Of a stretch of 64,000 bases of DNA, positions 13,803-25,113 are shown piece by piece. This DNA is from Ophelia neglecta (lineage: Eukaryota): assembly GCA_965285935.1 (NCBI GenBank), contig OZ260666.1, forward strand, positions 24,304,001 through 24,368,000, given 5' to 3'. The number at the start of each line of letters is the position of its first letter. The first letter of the stretch is position 1. The position numbers and the translations under genes are program-made. A model generated the notes under the pieces. It saw only the letters and a program-made list of their open reading frames with translations, made no database searches and was not told the DNA's origin.

Positions 13803-16108
13803 TTAAATTGCATTAATAAGACAGGGTGGCACTTGATAGCGACCATCTATGGTCTTAATGGTGTCTCCCTGGTCCCGAATTGTTTTGTTTTTTTTGCTCT
13901 TTTCTAATCATTTTTAATTATTTATTACCTGTTCTCATCACCAATATACTATGTATATTGTAATTATTGGGTTTTTTGGACGAAATAAACCAAGTCTGAG
14001 TCTGAATCTAAGTCTATCCACTCGGATATGCCGATGCTGACTTTCTTTTGGTTCCAAAGACACAATGCATATCCCCCGCCTATGGATTTCCCGGTCAGAG
14101 CTTTCGCATTCTGGACTAGTCAATCTGATACAGTTGTCCGTACCGAGCCAGCCCTTTTTTATTTAGTCGATTTTAACCTTGTTCACCATTACATAGCTTT
14201 ATATTGTTTTTTTGAAGATAATAATACCACTAATTGTAATACTACTAATACTACTACCAAAACTATTAGATATATTGACTAGTAAGAATAGAAGAGAGAA
14301 TATATAATATTACATTAACAAAGGATAACTATTTACATATTTGAGTTTATGGCCCCTGATGTAAAATAAGCATTACAAATCCCGGTTGTTTCACCATTCC
14401 AGTTGCTGTCAAATAATGCTTTAGATTTTCTATCTTCAGGTTGTCTATGTCGTGCTAGACACGTTAAACTCAGGTCTAAAACACACCATTACTCAGCGAA
14501 ATGTTTATTGAATACTAGATTTGGTATTTCTGTTGGAAGGCGTCGGGATCGAAGGGAGTTCATTTGTACATAGTAAATAATAACATGAAGACGGCGCTGT
14601 GTCGAAATTGGTTGTATTCTTAAGTAGAATTATAACGACATGATACAATGTACAAAGGTGGGGGACAAAGCCCCACAATACTGTCATGAAACATTCTCAT
14701 TCTAAAGTATATGTAATCTGTGATTTTTACACATATTTAGTACACCTAACATATGCACAACCTTTTAATACCCTTCAATTGAATAATACCTTTACAGTAG
14801 TTGTAATGAAGCACTAATTTATCATAATGTGTTGTCGAAAATTATTGACATTGGAATTTTACAAACTAGTCATATGTTCTAATACTGTAACACCTTACCA
14901 AATAAAGTGAAGTAAATTACTGAATTAATCTAGTTTCTAGCTGACAAATTAACATTTACGTATACCTGTATATAAACGTTTTTAAGTAAGTTGTAGGAGG
15001 AGGATGGGGAAGGTGGCGGGATTAACCACGAGGCGACCGTCCAGCACGGCGACGAGGCAGAAAAGACAGAGCGCCTCTCACTTTGGCTGGGTGTGCAGCC
15101 AAACGGAACAGCCCATCTGGCGGTCACATCTGGACTGTGGTGCCGCCCGGCAGCATATAATTGTCCACTGGGTCAGCACCTACTGCCCGCATACTACGCG
15201 GGCTACTATCCCGTCCCCATCCCCCAGAAAACCATTTATATTATATAAATTACATTTCTGTTGGAAGGCGTCGGGATCGAAGGGAGTTCATTTGTACATA
15301 GTAAATAATAACATGAAGACGGCGCTGTGTCGAAATTGGTTATATTCTTAAGTAGAATTATAACGACATGATACAATGTACAAAGGTGGGGGACAAAGCC
15401 CCACAAAGACTCGCCCGCGAGGAGACCCCCACCCGCACAGAGATTCGACGCATTCCCAAGAAGTTTATTGTGAATTACACAAAAAAGAAAAGTACACCAT
15501 TTACACATCAATTACATGTAGTATGTGTATAATTCTAATGTCAAATTATCTATAAGTAATCTGCCTCTCCAAAGGCATAAAAAAAACACACACAGGGAAA
15601 TGATAACCTGTTAATACAAATAATACTAGTGCATTCTTATGCACTGGGTTATTGGAACCTGCCATCCCAAACACCATGCGCTAAGCACATACACTACAAA
15701 TTCACCCTTATTAATTGTGGATTCGATCCCGTGGTTTATTTATCCTACTGTGTCCCAGGAAATCGCCCATGCTAAATTTCCTGGCACTTAGACCTATTCT
15801 ACCTAATGCAGCTTTTTATTTCTTACATGTGTAAGCTATATTTTTGGAGATTTTAAATTGGTCAGTTTGCCTCACTACAGTAGAAGCCGCCCATGTTAAG
15901 CCTCTGGAGTGTAAAACTACTTATAACCTTATCTTTTTCATAATTGTTATATAATATGTTAACTGGTGTGGTGAAACCGCCCATGCTAAGTTTCATCCAC
16001 TTACCTGAATTAAAGAAACTTGTCCTTCAAACCTAATTTATGGCTATTAAACTCCTTCAAAACTACTAAACTATCAATATATGTTAATATTTGTGGGAAC
16101 CGCCCATG

Positions 16109-17002
16109 CTAAGTTCCACATATGTGTTTTGAAACAGCTCCCTGGAACAACGGGAAGAACAACTCATTGATTTTTCTATCCCACGGAGCCAGAGCGGTAT
16201 TTTGCTCCCTTAGCAACCTATGGAGTTTATCGTATTCCACCCAAATGTTAGGTGGGCACGAGTGATGGATTTCCCTGATTGTTGTAACATATTTCATCAA
16301 ACTAGGGGCCGCTGCCTGATGGACTTCTGTGTATATCGCAATGAATATGAAAAATGCTGCCGACCATTCATCAAATGATTTAATCGGTTTTGTCTTATTC
16401 TTACTGTGTAACGAAATAGATGGGCAGTGGTCAGTTTCCGAGACCGTTATACTCATTTGCGAATCTCCCTGCTTTGGAAGCAGAGTAGAGAGGTCGACAT
16501 ATTGGTCGGCCAAAAGTTTTGCCCGAATTTTCCCATTTACCCCCCAGCCTAACGGTAACGTCTGTTGAACCTCAACTGGTATTTGCACATTTGGTATTTC
16601 TCGTGTATGGGATGGCAGGTTACCTGTATACATTGAGTCCATTACCGCCTTCAACATCTCATCTGCAGTCAGCTGCTGAATTTGCTGACCAGTGTTGCTT
16701 GGTGGGGCGCCACTTATTGGACCTTGTGGTGGAACTTGGGGTTCATGTGTCTGTGGAGGTCCCGCAGACTTCTGATTGGCCAGGAGATTAGCAACTAGCA
16801 CAGCCATGTCCGCCAGTTGATCATTGGACAGTGCTATCGTTATCGGTTCGTTGTTGTCTATCTCGATAACCGGCACTGTATCGTTCTCCTTCACAGGTTC
16901 ATTTGAGTTTGGGGTGTACTCCCCAGGTTTGGCTGCTTTACCCTTAACGTGGTTGCGTTTATTTCCAGCTGCTTGGCGTGTCTTTTTCTTGTGTGGTGCC
17001 AT
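16109..17002 (-). CDS. Gag-like protein of DIRS/Ngaro-group retrotransposon, C-terminally truncated
   Basis: Open frame from ATG 17002 (MAPHKKK). Pattern KIRAKLLADQYVDLSTLL...WSAAFFIFIAIY...LMKYVTTI...WVEYDKLHR...W matches my recollection of YR-retroelement Gag. No C-terminal zinc finger. Confidence 0.82.
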   Translation of the reverse strand: MAPHKKKTRQAAGNKRNHVKGKAAKPGEYTPNSNEPVKENDTVPVIEIDNNEPITIALSNDQLADMAVLVANLLANQKSAGPPQTHEPQVPPQGPISGAPPSNTGQQIQQLTADEMLKAVMDSMYTGNLPSHTREIPNVQIPVEVQQTLPLGWGVNGKIRAKLLADQYVDLSTLLPKQGDSQMSITVSETDHCPSISLHSKNKTKPIKSFDEWSAAFFIFIAIYTEVHQAAAPSLMKYVTTIREIHHSCPPNIWVEYDKLHRLLREQNTALAPWDRKINELFFPLFQGAVSKHICGT

Positions 17003-18357
17003 GCTGTAATGCAATTAAATAAGAAGCAGACATTTCTGTTCAGAAATAGAATATAACAGAATATTCTGGTGATTGGCCGATAATCCATTGTTGGAACTAT
17101 ATAACTACATATAAAAATGCGTTATAGACTATAATAAGCAATTCAGGCTAGGCCTATAGGTTAAATAGTTCATGACTATGTCCTGTAGTTTCCCAGAAGG
17201 GGCCTACTGTATGTATTGGACAGGGACTGCTTTTAACCACAGTACTATCCTAACTTAGATCCACTACCTTATAATAAATGCTTGCCTAAAGAAAGCATAT
17301 TCTATTATTAAGGACCCGTGTTCAACCAAACGAAATCCAATTGTATTAAAATAGTCAAACTAAAGTTACGTAGAAATCACGCAAAAGGCGAACAAACTGC
17401 TGTGATAATTACACGTCGTAAAAAAACATTCCATACCTCAGGATCGTCGCCCCAGCACTCCGAATAAATTTTGTCCTCCCATTAAGAGGTTAACTTATAG
17501 GCCAAAACAATTAGTGACACGCCCATTCATCCCTACTATACTTAAACGGGGTCCTGTTTGCTGAGCGAGGGGGACCGAGGAAGCAGACACATCAAAAGCC
17601 ACTCGTGACCATGGCCGATTCTCAGTAGGTCACATAACGTCCCAGAAATCTGCCACACGGTCTCCCACTCCAAGTTTAACCCCAACATGATCCTGCATGG
17701 ACCCCCTGAGTACAGCCGGATAAACGGCCTAAACTGCCTCGCATGGGCCAGACGCATGCAGTGACCCCCTGTGTCAACATGTTTTCTTACTGTTAACCCT
17801 GCACTAAACGCTCGAGCCAGACACCTGCTCCTGAGCTGCATTCCAGCAACAATGCAAAAGTTGTGCAGGGCTAAAGGGACTAAACGGCGATACATTAGTC
17901 ACTACAAGTTGGCCAAATCTCAAAATTACATCACTTCCAATGGACTGTGGCACGGGGCCACCTTCCAGTTCATAGTTATAAGTGCACACATTGTGCGGGA
18001 AGGATAACCCCGGCCCGCCATTATATCATAATATCCGAAACCAGATTTAACTTATTAAATACATGTGACATCCACCACTGAAAAACGCCATACTAATCGC
18101 GAATGTCGCCATAATCAACCTAGACAAGAATAGGCAAACAAAAACATGGACATCCTTCATTTAAAATGGCCATGTTGTAATCTGCAAGGCCAGATCCTGT
18201 CCAAATAGCTGACCAAAGCGACACAAACCTCCCAATGGTGGTGAAAATATGGCGCCTCACAGCAATACATGCAGTATTCAGATGCCGGAGCGACAAGGGG
18301 GAGTATGTAACGTACTATAATAGTGTAATGACTAGTTAGCATCAACTGCACCATGGC

Positions 18358-18990
18358 CTACCGCCGCCGTATAGCCTGCATGACGGCGCCTCGGATATCC
18401 TTGTATAGTAGGCATTCCCCCCTACTATTTAAATGTAAGTGGTCGCGTGTTAGGCGTTCTGCAGGATTTACAGCAATATTACAATTACCTCTATGATTCC
18501 ACCAGGTAATGTTAGGAAACTGATTGTCGTTATGAAGCGCAACTAAAGTCGCTTCAAATAAACTATTGAACTCGTCTACGAGTACATTGAAGTTAGACGG
18601 TGTGCGGGCGCAGTCTGGGCCACGATATATAACGCTACCCCACACCACCTGTGATACATTATGACCAAGTACCAAAAACTTCGCAAACGACAACATGTCA
18701 GCCACCAATTTATCCAATTTACCCAAATTTTCTATGGAAGTAATGTCCAGGGTTCCCACTTCGATATATATAATATCACGATTTACTACCAGATATGGTC
18801 TAGAGCACCCCGGCAAGTCTCGCACTTTCAGCCCGCCTCTGCCAGCGAATGACACGTGTCCGACCTGGTCAGGCAATCCCAAGTTTGGGAGAAATGGAGG
18901 ACTGCCGTCGCTACGGTGTATAGAAGTGGCCAGTCTTTCTATGAAGCTATGCCCCAGTACTAATACGTTCACACGTAACTCTGCTGACAT
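18358..18990 (-). CDS. SGNH/GDSL-type hydrolase (esterase) carried by the retroelement
   Basis: 210-aa open ORF with block I VLVLGHSF, block II GRGG, block III IEVGTLD (usual Asn replaced by Leu) and block V RDHLHLNSRG. Confidence 0.85.
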   Translation of the reverse strand: MSAELRVNVLVLGHSFIERLATSIHRSDGSPPFLPNLGLPDQVGHVSFAGRGGLKVRDLPGCSRPYLVVNRDIIYIEVGTLDITSIENLGKLDKLVADMLSFAKFLVLGHNVSQVVWGSVIYRGPDCARTPSNFNVLVDEFNSLFEATLVALHNDNQFPNITWWNHRGNCNIAVNPAERLTRDHLHLNSRGECLLYKDIRGAVMQAIRRR

Positions 18991-19639
18991 GTTCCCGAGC
19001 GAATAAAATTGTCAATTGTTTAACTTGGTCTTTACCTGTAATGGTATCTGTATTCATTTGTTGGTGATTAACCACGAGGCGACCGTCCAGCACGGCGACG
19101 AGGCATCAAAGACAGAGCGCCTCTCACTTTGGCTGGGTGTGCACACCCAGCCAAAGTGAGAGGCGCTCTGTCTGGCCAAACGGAACAGCCCATCTGGCGG
19201 TCACATCTGGACTATGGTGCCGCCCGGCAGCATATAATTGTCCACTGGGTCAGCACCTACTGCCCGCATACTACGCGGGCTACTATCCCGTCCCCATCCC
19301 CCAGAAAACCATTTATATTATATAAATTACATTTACGGTTGCTTTCACTCGCTTGGTTTATGTGTCACTGATGGAATTATTCGGAAAAAGAGGACTATTT
19401 TCATGTTCTTGAAATCTTATGGTTTCTGTTTAAGGTAGCACCTGTGAAGGAGATCTTTAGACTTCAAGAAGATCACGAACTAGCTGAGGCTGAGAAAATT
19501 TACCTTCCAGTCCAAAGTGGACAACGGGAGACATCAAAGCAGAAGGTCTTAAAGATGGAGCTTGGGGCCACTGTTGTCTAAAATGCTCGAGTCGGTTGTC
19601 GCACTAAGGACGATTATTAATCTTTATTCCTCCAGTGAT

Positions 19640-20265
19640 AGGAGAGTACAAGTAATCGAGAAAAAAAATACAAATTATTTAATAATACAAGGGAATTATT
19701 TAAATCAAATAATAATGTGAAAATAAAATATGTATATTTTAGAAACAAAAAAATATGACTAACCAGTAAAATGGAACATAAAACGTGGAAAGCAGTTGGG
19801 TCACAAATTTTACCCTACAACACCAGTCTTGTTCAAGTTCACATTGCTACATTAAGGGTTATTTTTCAGAAATACTTTCAAGTAAGGTGAGCCTACAATT
19901 GTACATTTGCCATACCGCCTTAGCTACACATGCGTGAGCACCTGCGTGACCTTCTACAAAAACTTCGCCACACCCCAGTAACCATGCTGCTGTCCTCTCG
20001 TCTAATGTGAGATGGAGACCCGGTTTTGGTGCAGGCATGGGAGAAATCTGCTCCTTAACACTCAGGGCATCATAGAGAGCGGCCCGGGATGTCGACAAGG
20101 CTGGACATCGGATTAGAAAGTGCTCTTCCGTTTCTAGATCACCGTCACACAGTTTACACACTTTATCGTCATATTTCTTGCCTAATTTGCCTTTATATGT
20201 CAAAGCGTCTGCGCCAATTAGGATACGATATGTATTATGCAAAACTAACGCTTCGCGGAACATTT
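19640..20265 (-). mobile_element. 5'-truncated non-LTR retrotransposon (LINE) 3' fragment
   Basis: ORF 19859-20263 contains CKLCDGDLETEEHFLIRCPAL, the C-terminal CCHC knuckle typical of LINE ORF2. Boundaries approximate. Confidence 0.75.
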
Positions 20266-21773
20266 TGATAAGCTACAAACACAATTATCTCGTTCTCATA
20301 AACTGAATATAAAACTCAAATAAGATGCTTTAAAAGCACCAGCGAAACTTTGTAAAGGTGGTTTTGAACTCTTGTTTTGAACCTGTGTTTATCTTGTTTT
20401 CATAGAGATCTAATACAAAACAAGTTTTTACTTAAATGTGCAATTGTTCTCCCCAGTGACTTGATTGTTGGATTTCCATGTACATGTTTGATTTATTATG
20501 TACTATGTTGTTTTGTTGTTTTATAATATAATAATGGATACACTGACAAATATTAATTCAAACAAAGAATCGTAATGTTTTTTATTCAAAATGGAGTTGA
20601 ACTAATTGTGATAAATACGACCAGAAAAATGGCAAGAACAGTGGGTATCGCTGGCCATAATAATGAGAAAAGTCGAAAGTAGAAAATGATTATACAATGG
20701 AATCTGAGAATACAGAACAATGGATGCAATACAACTACTAGCAGTAAACAACATAACCAAAGCATGGGTTAATAAAACAATTTGAACGTTTGGTTAATGC
20801 TTATTTTGTATGCGAATATGTAAGTAAGGCCTTTTGAACAAATTTCATTTGGTGGCCATTCGAAAATATTCATATGCTAATTATTCTTTTTGATTTCGGA
20901 CTGATTTGGTTGGCTTGTCTTTATGGATGAATGACTCTGTCTGCAGGGTAAGCACTCCCGGTTTTTAATCATACACGTTAGACATATTTGTTTTTGTTAA
21001 GATTATCAGTACACATATCGACGGCAATAAAAGACTTGTGGCAAAACCATGTAACATTTCTTTAAAGCGAGTAAGATTGAGAATCCGTCACTCGACACAT
21101 TTGCCTCTTCGATACAGTTCTGTACGCGTATTATTTCTTTTCATCACTAAATACCCTGTCGAAGGAAAAATGTCTTGGCTCGAATACTAGCTAACTCTTT
21201 AGCCGAAGTTTTTCGTCTCTCACTAATGTGAAGTGCTATTTTATTTCCGTCAGTCGCTTGGAGCTGGTGGGTCGGCCTTACCGAAACTAATCCTGTACTG
21301 TCTGTGGTTCCGCTATGAGGGTGTTTTTAAGTGTGCTTCAAATAGATTTCAAATACGTCTCGAGCCAATTAACGTTATAAAATGTGTTTATCGAGCCTAT
21401 GTAAAACTTAAACGTGTGACGCTTAACTGAAAGATATGAACAAGAAAATGTACTATTTTATAAACAAAAACGGAGCGGTACATTTCCGCCGATTGAATCT
21501 AGGCCTACAATAAATATGGATTCTTCTGAAGATGTTTAATTAAGTTTACCAGAAAGCACTAGCATGCTTATTGAGACTAAAGCTGACCGCACATGGTCTA
21601 TGCAAATGGCGACCGCATTTAACAATAATTCAAGAAGCTCCGAGCCGGAAGTTTAAGTGTATCAACCAAATATTCGGCATTTCATGTTCGTGTCGAAGTA
21701 GTACAATAATTTTACGGTATCTTAATTTAACGCACGGTCTGTCAAGTCCGCCAAAAAGACACATATTCACATC

Positions 21774-21939
21774 GGGTCTCTGTATCCAGCGCTGTAGCAC
21801 TGCGCAGCATAACTCGGTGCTGCGAGTCTGGTTCTGCTCGGAGAGCGGGGTGTTATTTGGGTCAGGGTAGGGTAATTCTTTTGTTCTCTCGCAGCCCCGC
21901 AGCCCAGCGTCAAACAGCGCAGCGCTGAATACAGGGAGC
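21774..21939. mobile_element. MITE with 9-bp TSD (Mutator-like)
   Basis: Imperfect TIRs gggtctctgtatccagcgctg / cagcgctgaatacagggagc, flanked by attcacatc at 21765-21773 and 21940-21948. Confidence 0.8.
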
Positions 21940-22173
21940 ATTCACATCAATGGCATGATAATAAATTGGTACCGTGGCTACTGAAAACAAAATTGGACTT
22001 GTTGGCCCAAGGACTTTTAAGTGTGGTCAGAACCGGGCTCCTCCAGGATCCCATGCAATAAGATATTGAATTTACACAAGCAGAACTGTTGGTTGAAATT
22101 TGCTTTTCATTTTACAAAACTTTACAGCGGAGAAGATCAGTTAAGATTTCCTAGTCTAAGTTGTAAAATGACG

Positions 22174-25113
22174 ATAGTTTGACCATACGCCCGTAGGCGA
22201 CATCACAGGAGTGGAAAGGTTGAGGGCCATAGGTTGACCATAGGCCCGCAGTGGACATCACAGGAGTGGAAAGGTTGAGGGCCATAGGTTGACCATAGGC
22301 CCGCAGTGGACATCACAGGAGTGAAAGTGAGAGGAACATAGGTTGACCATAGGCCCGTAGGGGACATCACAGGAGTGAAAAGTGAGAGGAACATATGTTG
22401 ACCATAGGCCCGCAGTGGACATCACAGGAGTGGAAAGTGAGAGGAACATAGGTTGACCATAGGCCCGCAGTGGACATCACAGGAGTGGAAAGTGAGAGGA
22501 ACATAGGTTGACCATAGGCCCGCAGTGGACACCACAGGAGTGAAAAGTGAGAGGAACATAGGTTGACCATAGGCCCGCAGTGAACATCACAGGAGTGGAA
22601 AGTGAGAGGAACATAGGTTGACCATAGGCCCGCAGTGGACATCACAGGAGTGAACGTGAGAGGAACATAGGTTGACCATAGGCCCGCAGTGGACACCACA
22701 GGAGTGTAAAGTGAGAGGAACATAGGTTAACCATAGACCCATAGGGGACATCACAGGAGTGGAAAGTGAGAGGAACATAGGTTGACCATAGGCCCGCAGT
22801 GGACATCAAAGGAGTGAAAGTGAGAGGAACATAGGTTGACCATAGGCCCGCAGTGGACACCACAGGAGTGAAAAGTGAGAGGAACAAAGGGTGACCTTAG
22901 GCCCGCAGTGGACATCACAGGAGTGAAACTGAGAGAAACATAGGTTGACCATAACCCATAGGGGACATCACAGGGGTGAAAAGTGAGAGGAACATAGGGT
23001 GACCTTAGGCCCGCAGTGGACACCACAGGAGTGGAAAGTGAGAGGAACATAGGTTGACCATAGGCCCGCAGTGGACATCACAGGAGTGGAAAGTGAGAGG
23101 AACATAGGTTGACCATAGGCCCGCAGTGGACATCTCAGGAGTGGAAAGTGAGAGGAACATAGGTTGACCATAGGCCCGCAGTGGACACCACAGGAGTGAA
23201 AAGTGAGAGGAACATAGGTTGACCATAGGCCCGCAGTGAACATCACAGGAGTGGAAAGTGAGAGGAACATAGGTTGACCATAGGCCCGCAGTGGACACCA
23301 CAGGAGTGAAAAGTGAGAGGAACATAGGTTGACCATAGGCCCGCAGTGAACATCACAGGAGTGAAAAGTGAGAGGAACATAGGTTGACCATAGGCCCGCA
23401 GTGAACATCACAGGGGTGGAAAGTGAGAGGAACATAGGTTGACCATAGGCCCGCAGTGGACATCACAGGAGTGAACGTGAGAGGAACATAGGTTGACCAT
23501 AGGCCCGCAGTGGACACCACAGGAGTGTAAAGTGAGAGGAACATAGGTTAACCATAGACCCATAGGGGACATCACAGGAGTGGAAAGTGAGAGGAACATA
23601 GGTTGACCATAGGCCCGCAGTGGACATCAAAGGAGTGAAAGTGAGAGGAACAAAGGTTGACCATAGGCCCGCAGTGGACACCACAGGAGTGAAAAGTGAG
23701 AGGAACAAAGGGTGACCTTAGGCCCGCAGTGGACATCACAGGAGTGAAACTGAGAGAAACATAGGTTGACCATAGGCCCATAGGGGACATCACAGGAGTG
23801 AAAAGTGAGAGGAACATAGGGTGACCTTAGGCCCGCAGTGGACACCACAGGAGTGGAAAGTGAGAGGAACATAGGTTGACCATAGGCCCGCAGTGGACAT
23901 CACAGGAGTGGAAAGTGAGAGGAACATAGGTTGACCATAGGCCCGCAGTGGACATCTCAGGAGTGGAAAGTGAGAGGAACATAGGTTGACCATAGGCCCG
24001 CAGTGGACACCACAGGAGTGAAAAGTGAGAGTAACATAGGTTGACCATAGGCCCGCAGTGAACATCACAGGAGTGGAAAGTGAGAGGAACATAGGTTGAC
24101 CATAGGCCCGCAGTGGACATCACAGGAGTGAACGTGAGAGGAACATAGGTTGACCATAGGCCCGCAGTGGACACCACAGGAGTGAAAAGTGAGAGGAACA
24201 TAGGTTGACCATAGGCCCGCAGTGAACATCACAGGAGTGGAAAGTGAGAGGAACATAGGTTGACCATAGGCCCGCAGTGGACATCACAGGAGTGAACGTG
24301 AGAGGAACATAGGTTGACCATAGGCCCGCAGTGGACACCACAGGAGTGAAAAGTGAGAGGAACATAGGTTAACCATAGGCCCATAGGGGACATCACAGAA
24401 GTGGAAAGTGAGAGGAACATAGGTTGACCATAGGCCCGCAGTGGACATCAAAGGAGTGAAAGTGAGAGGAACATAGGTTGACCATAGGCCCGCAGTGGAC
24501 ACCACAGGAGTGAAAAGTGAGAGGAACAAAGGGTGACCTTAGGCCCGCAGTGGACATCACAGGAGTGAAACTGAGAGAAACATAGGTTGACCATAAGCCC
24601 ATAGGGGACATCACAGGAGTGAAAAGTGAGAGGAACATAGGGTGACCTAAGGCCCGCAGTGGACACCACAGGAGTGGAAAGTGAGAGGAACATAGGTTGA
24701 CCATAGGCCCGCAGTGGACATCACAGGAGTGGAAAGTGAGAGGAACATAGGTTGACCATAGGCCCGCAGTGGACACCACAGGAGTGAAAAGTGAGAGGAA
24801 CATAGGGTGACCTTAGGCCCGCAGTGGACACCACAGGAGTGGAAAGTGAGAGGAACATAGGTTGACCATAGGCCCATAGGGGACATCACAGGAGTGGAAA
24901 GTGAGAGGAACATAGGTTGACCACAGGCCCGCAGTGGACATCACAGGAGTGAAACTGAGAGGAACATAGGTTGACCATAGGCCCGCAGTGGACACCACAG
25001 GAGTGAAAAGTGAGAGGAACATAGGTTGACCATAGGCCCGCAGTGGACATCAAAGGAGTGGAAAGTGAGAGGAACACAGGGCGACCATAGGCCCGCAGTG
25101 GACATCACAGGAG
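22174..25113. repeat. Satellite array: ~54 monomers of 54-56 bp with an ~821-bp (15-mer) higher-order repeat
   Basis: Consensus ggttgaccataggcccgcagtggacatcacaggagtggaaagtgagaggaacata. Diagnostic variants recur at 821-822-bp spacing (aaactgagagaaac near 22926, 23747, 24568; catctcagg near 23131, 23953). Confidence 0.97.

Larger units (their letters stand above)
1..14526 (+). repeat. Segmental duplication, copy 1 (left boundary lies outside the window)
   Basis: Position 1 (ttttgaggtgacccgacccc) recurs at 26339. Near-identity continues to aatactagatttggta at 14526 / 40876. Confidence 0.97.
14526..19334 (-). mobile_element. Non-autonomous tyrosine-recombinase retrotransposon (Ngaro/PAT-type split direct repeats)
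   Basis: Minus-strand order A1 (19334-19066), SGNH ORF, Gag ORF, B1 (15406-15254), A2 (15257-15020), spacer, B2 (14678-14526). B copies are 153 bp with 1 mismatch; A copies differ by 3 substitutions and a 31-nt indel. The B1/A2 junction (tac-attt-ctg) equals the two element ends joined through a shared ATTT core, with no conventional TSD. Confidence 0.9.

Noticed and set aside
17542-18354. Short ORFs between SGNH and gag as RT or YR remnants
   Set aside because: No YLDD, RNase H or HSxRxG motifs in the provided translations.
22174-25113. CRISPR array
   Set aside because: Head-to-tail monomers with no unique spacers, no cas genes and a eukaryotic context. The spaced motifs at 15670-16113 and 43180-43465 are likewise too short or irregular and lie inside retroelements.
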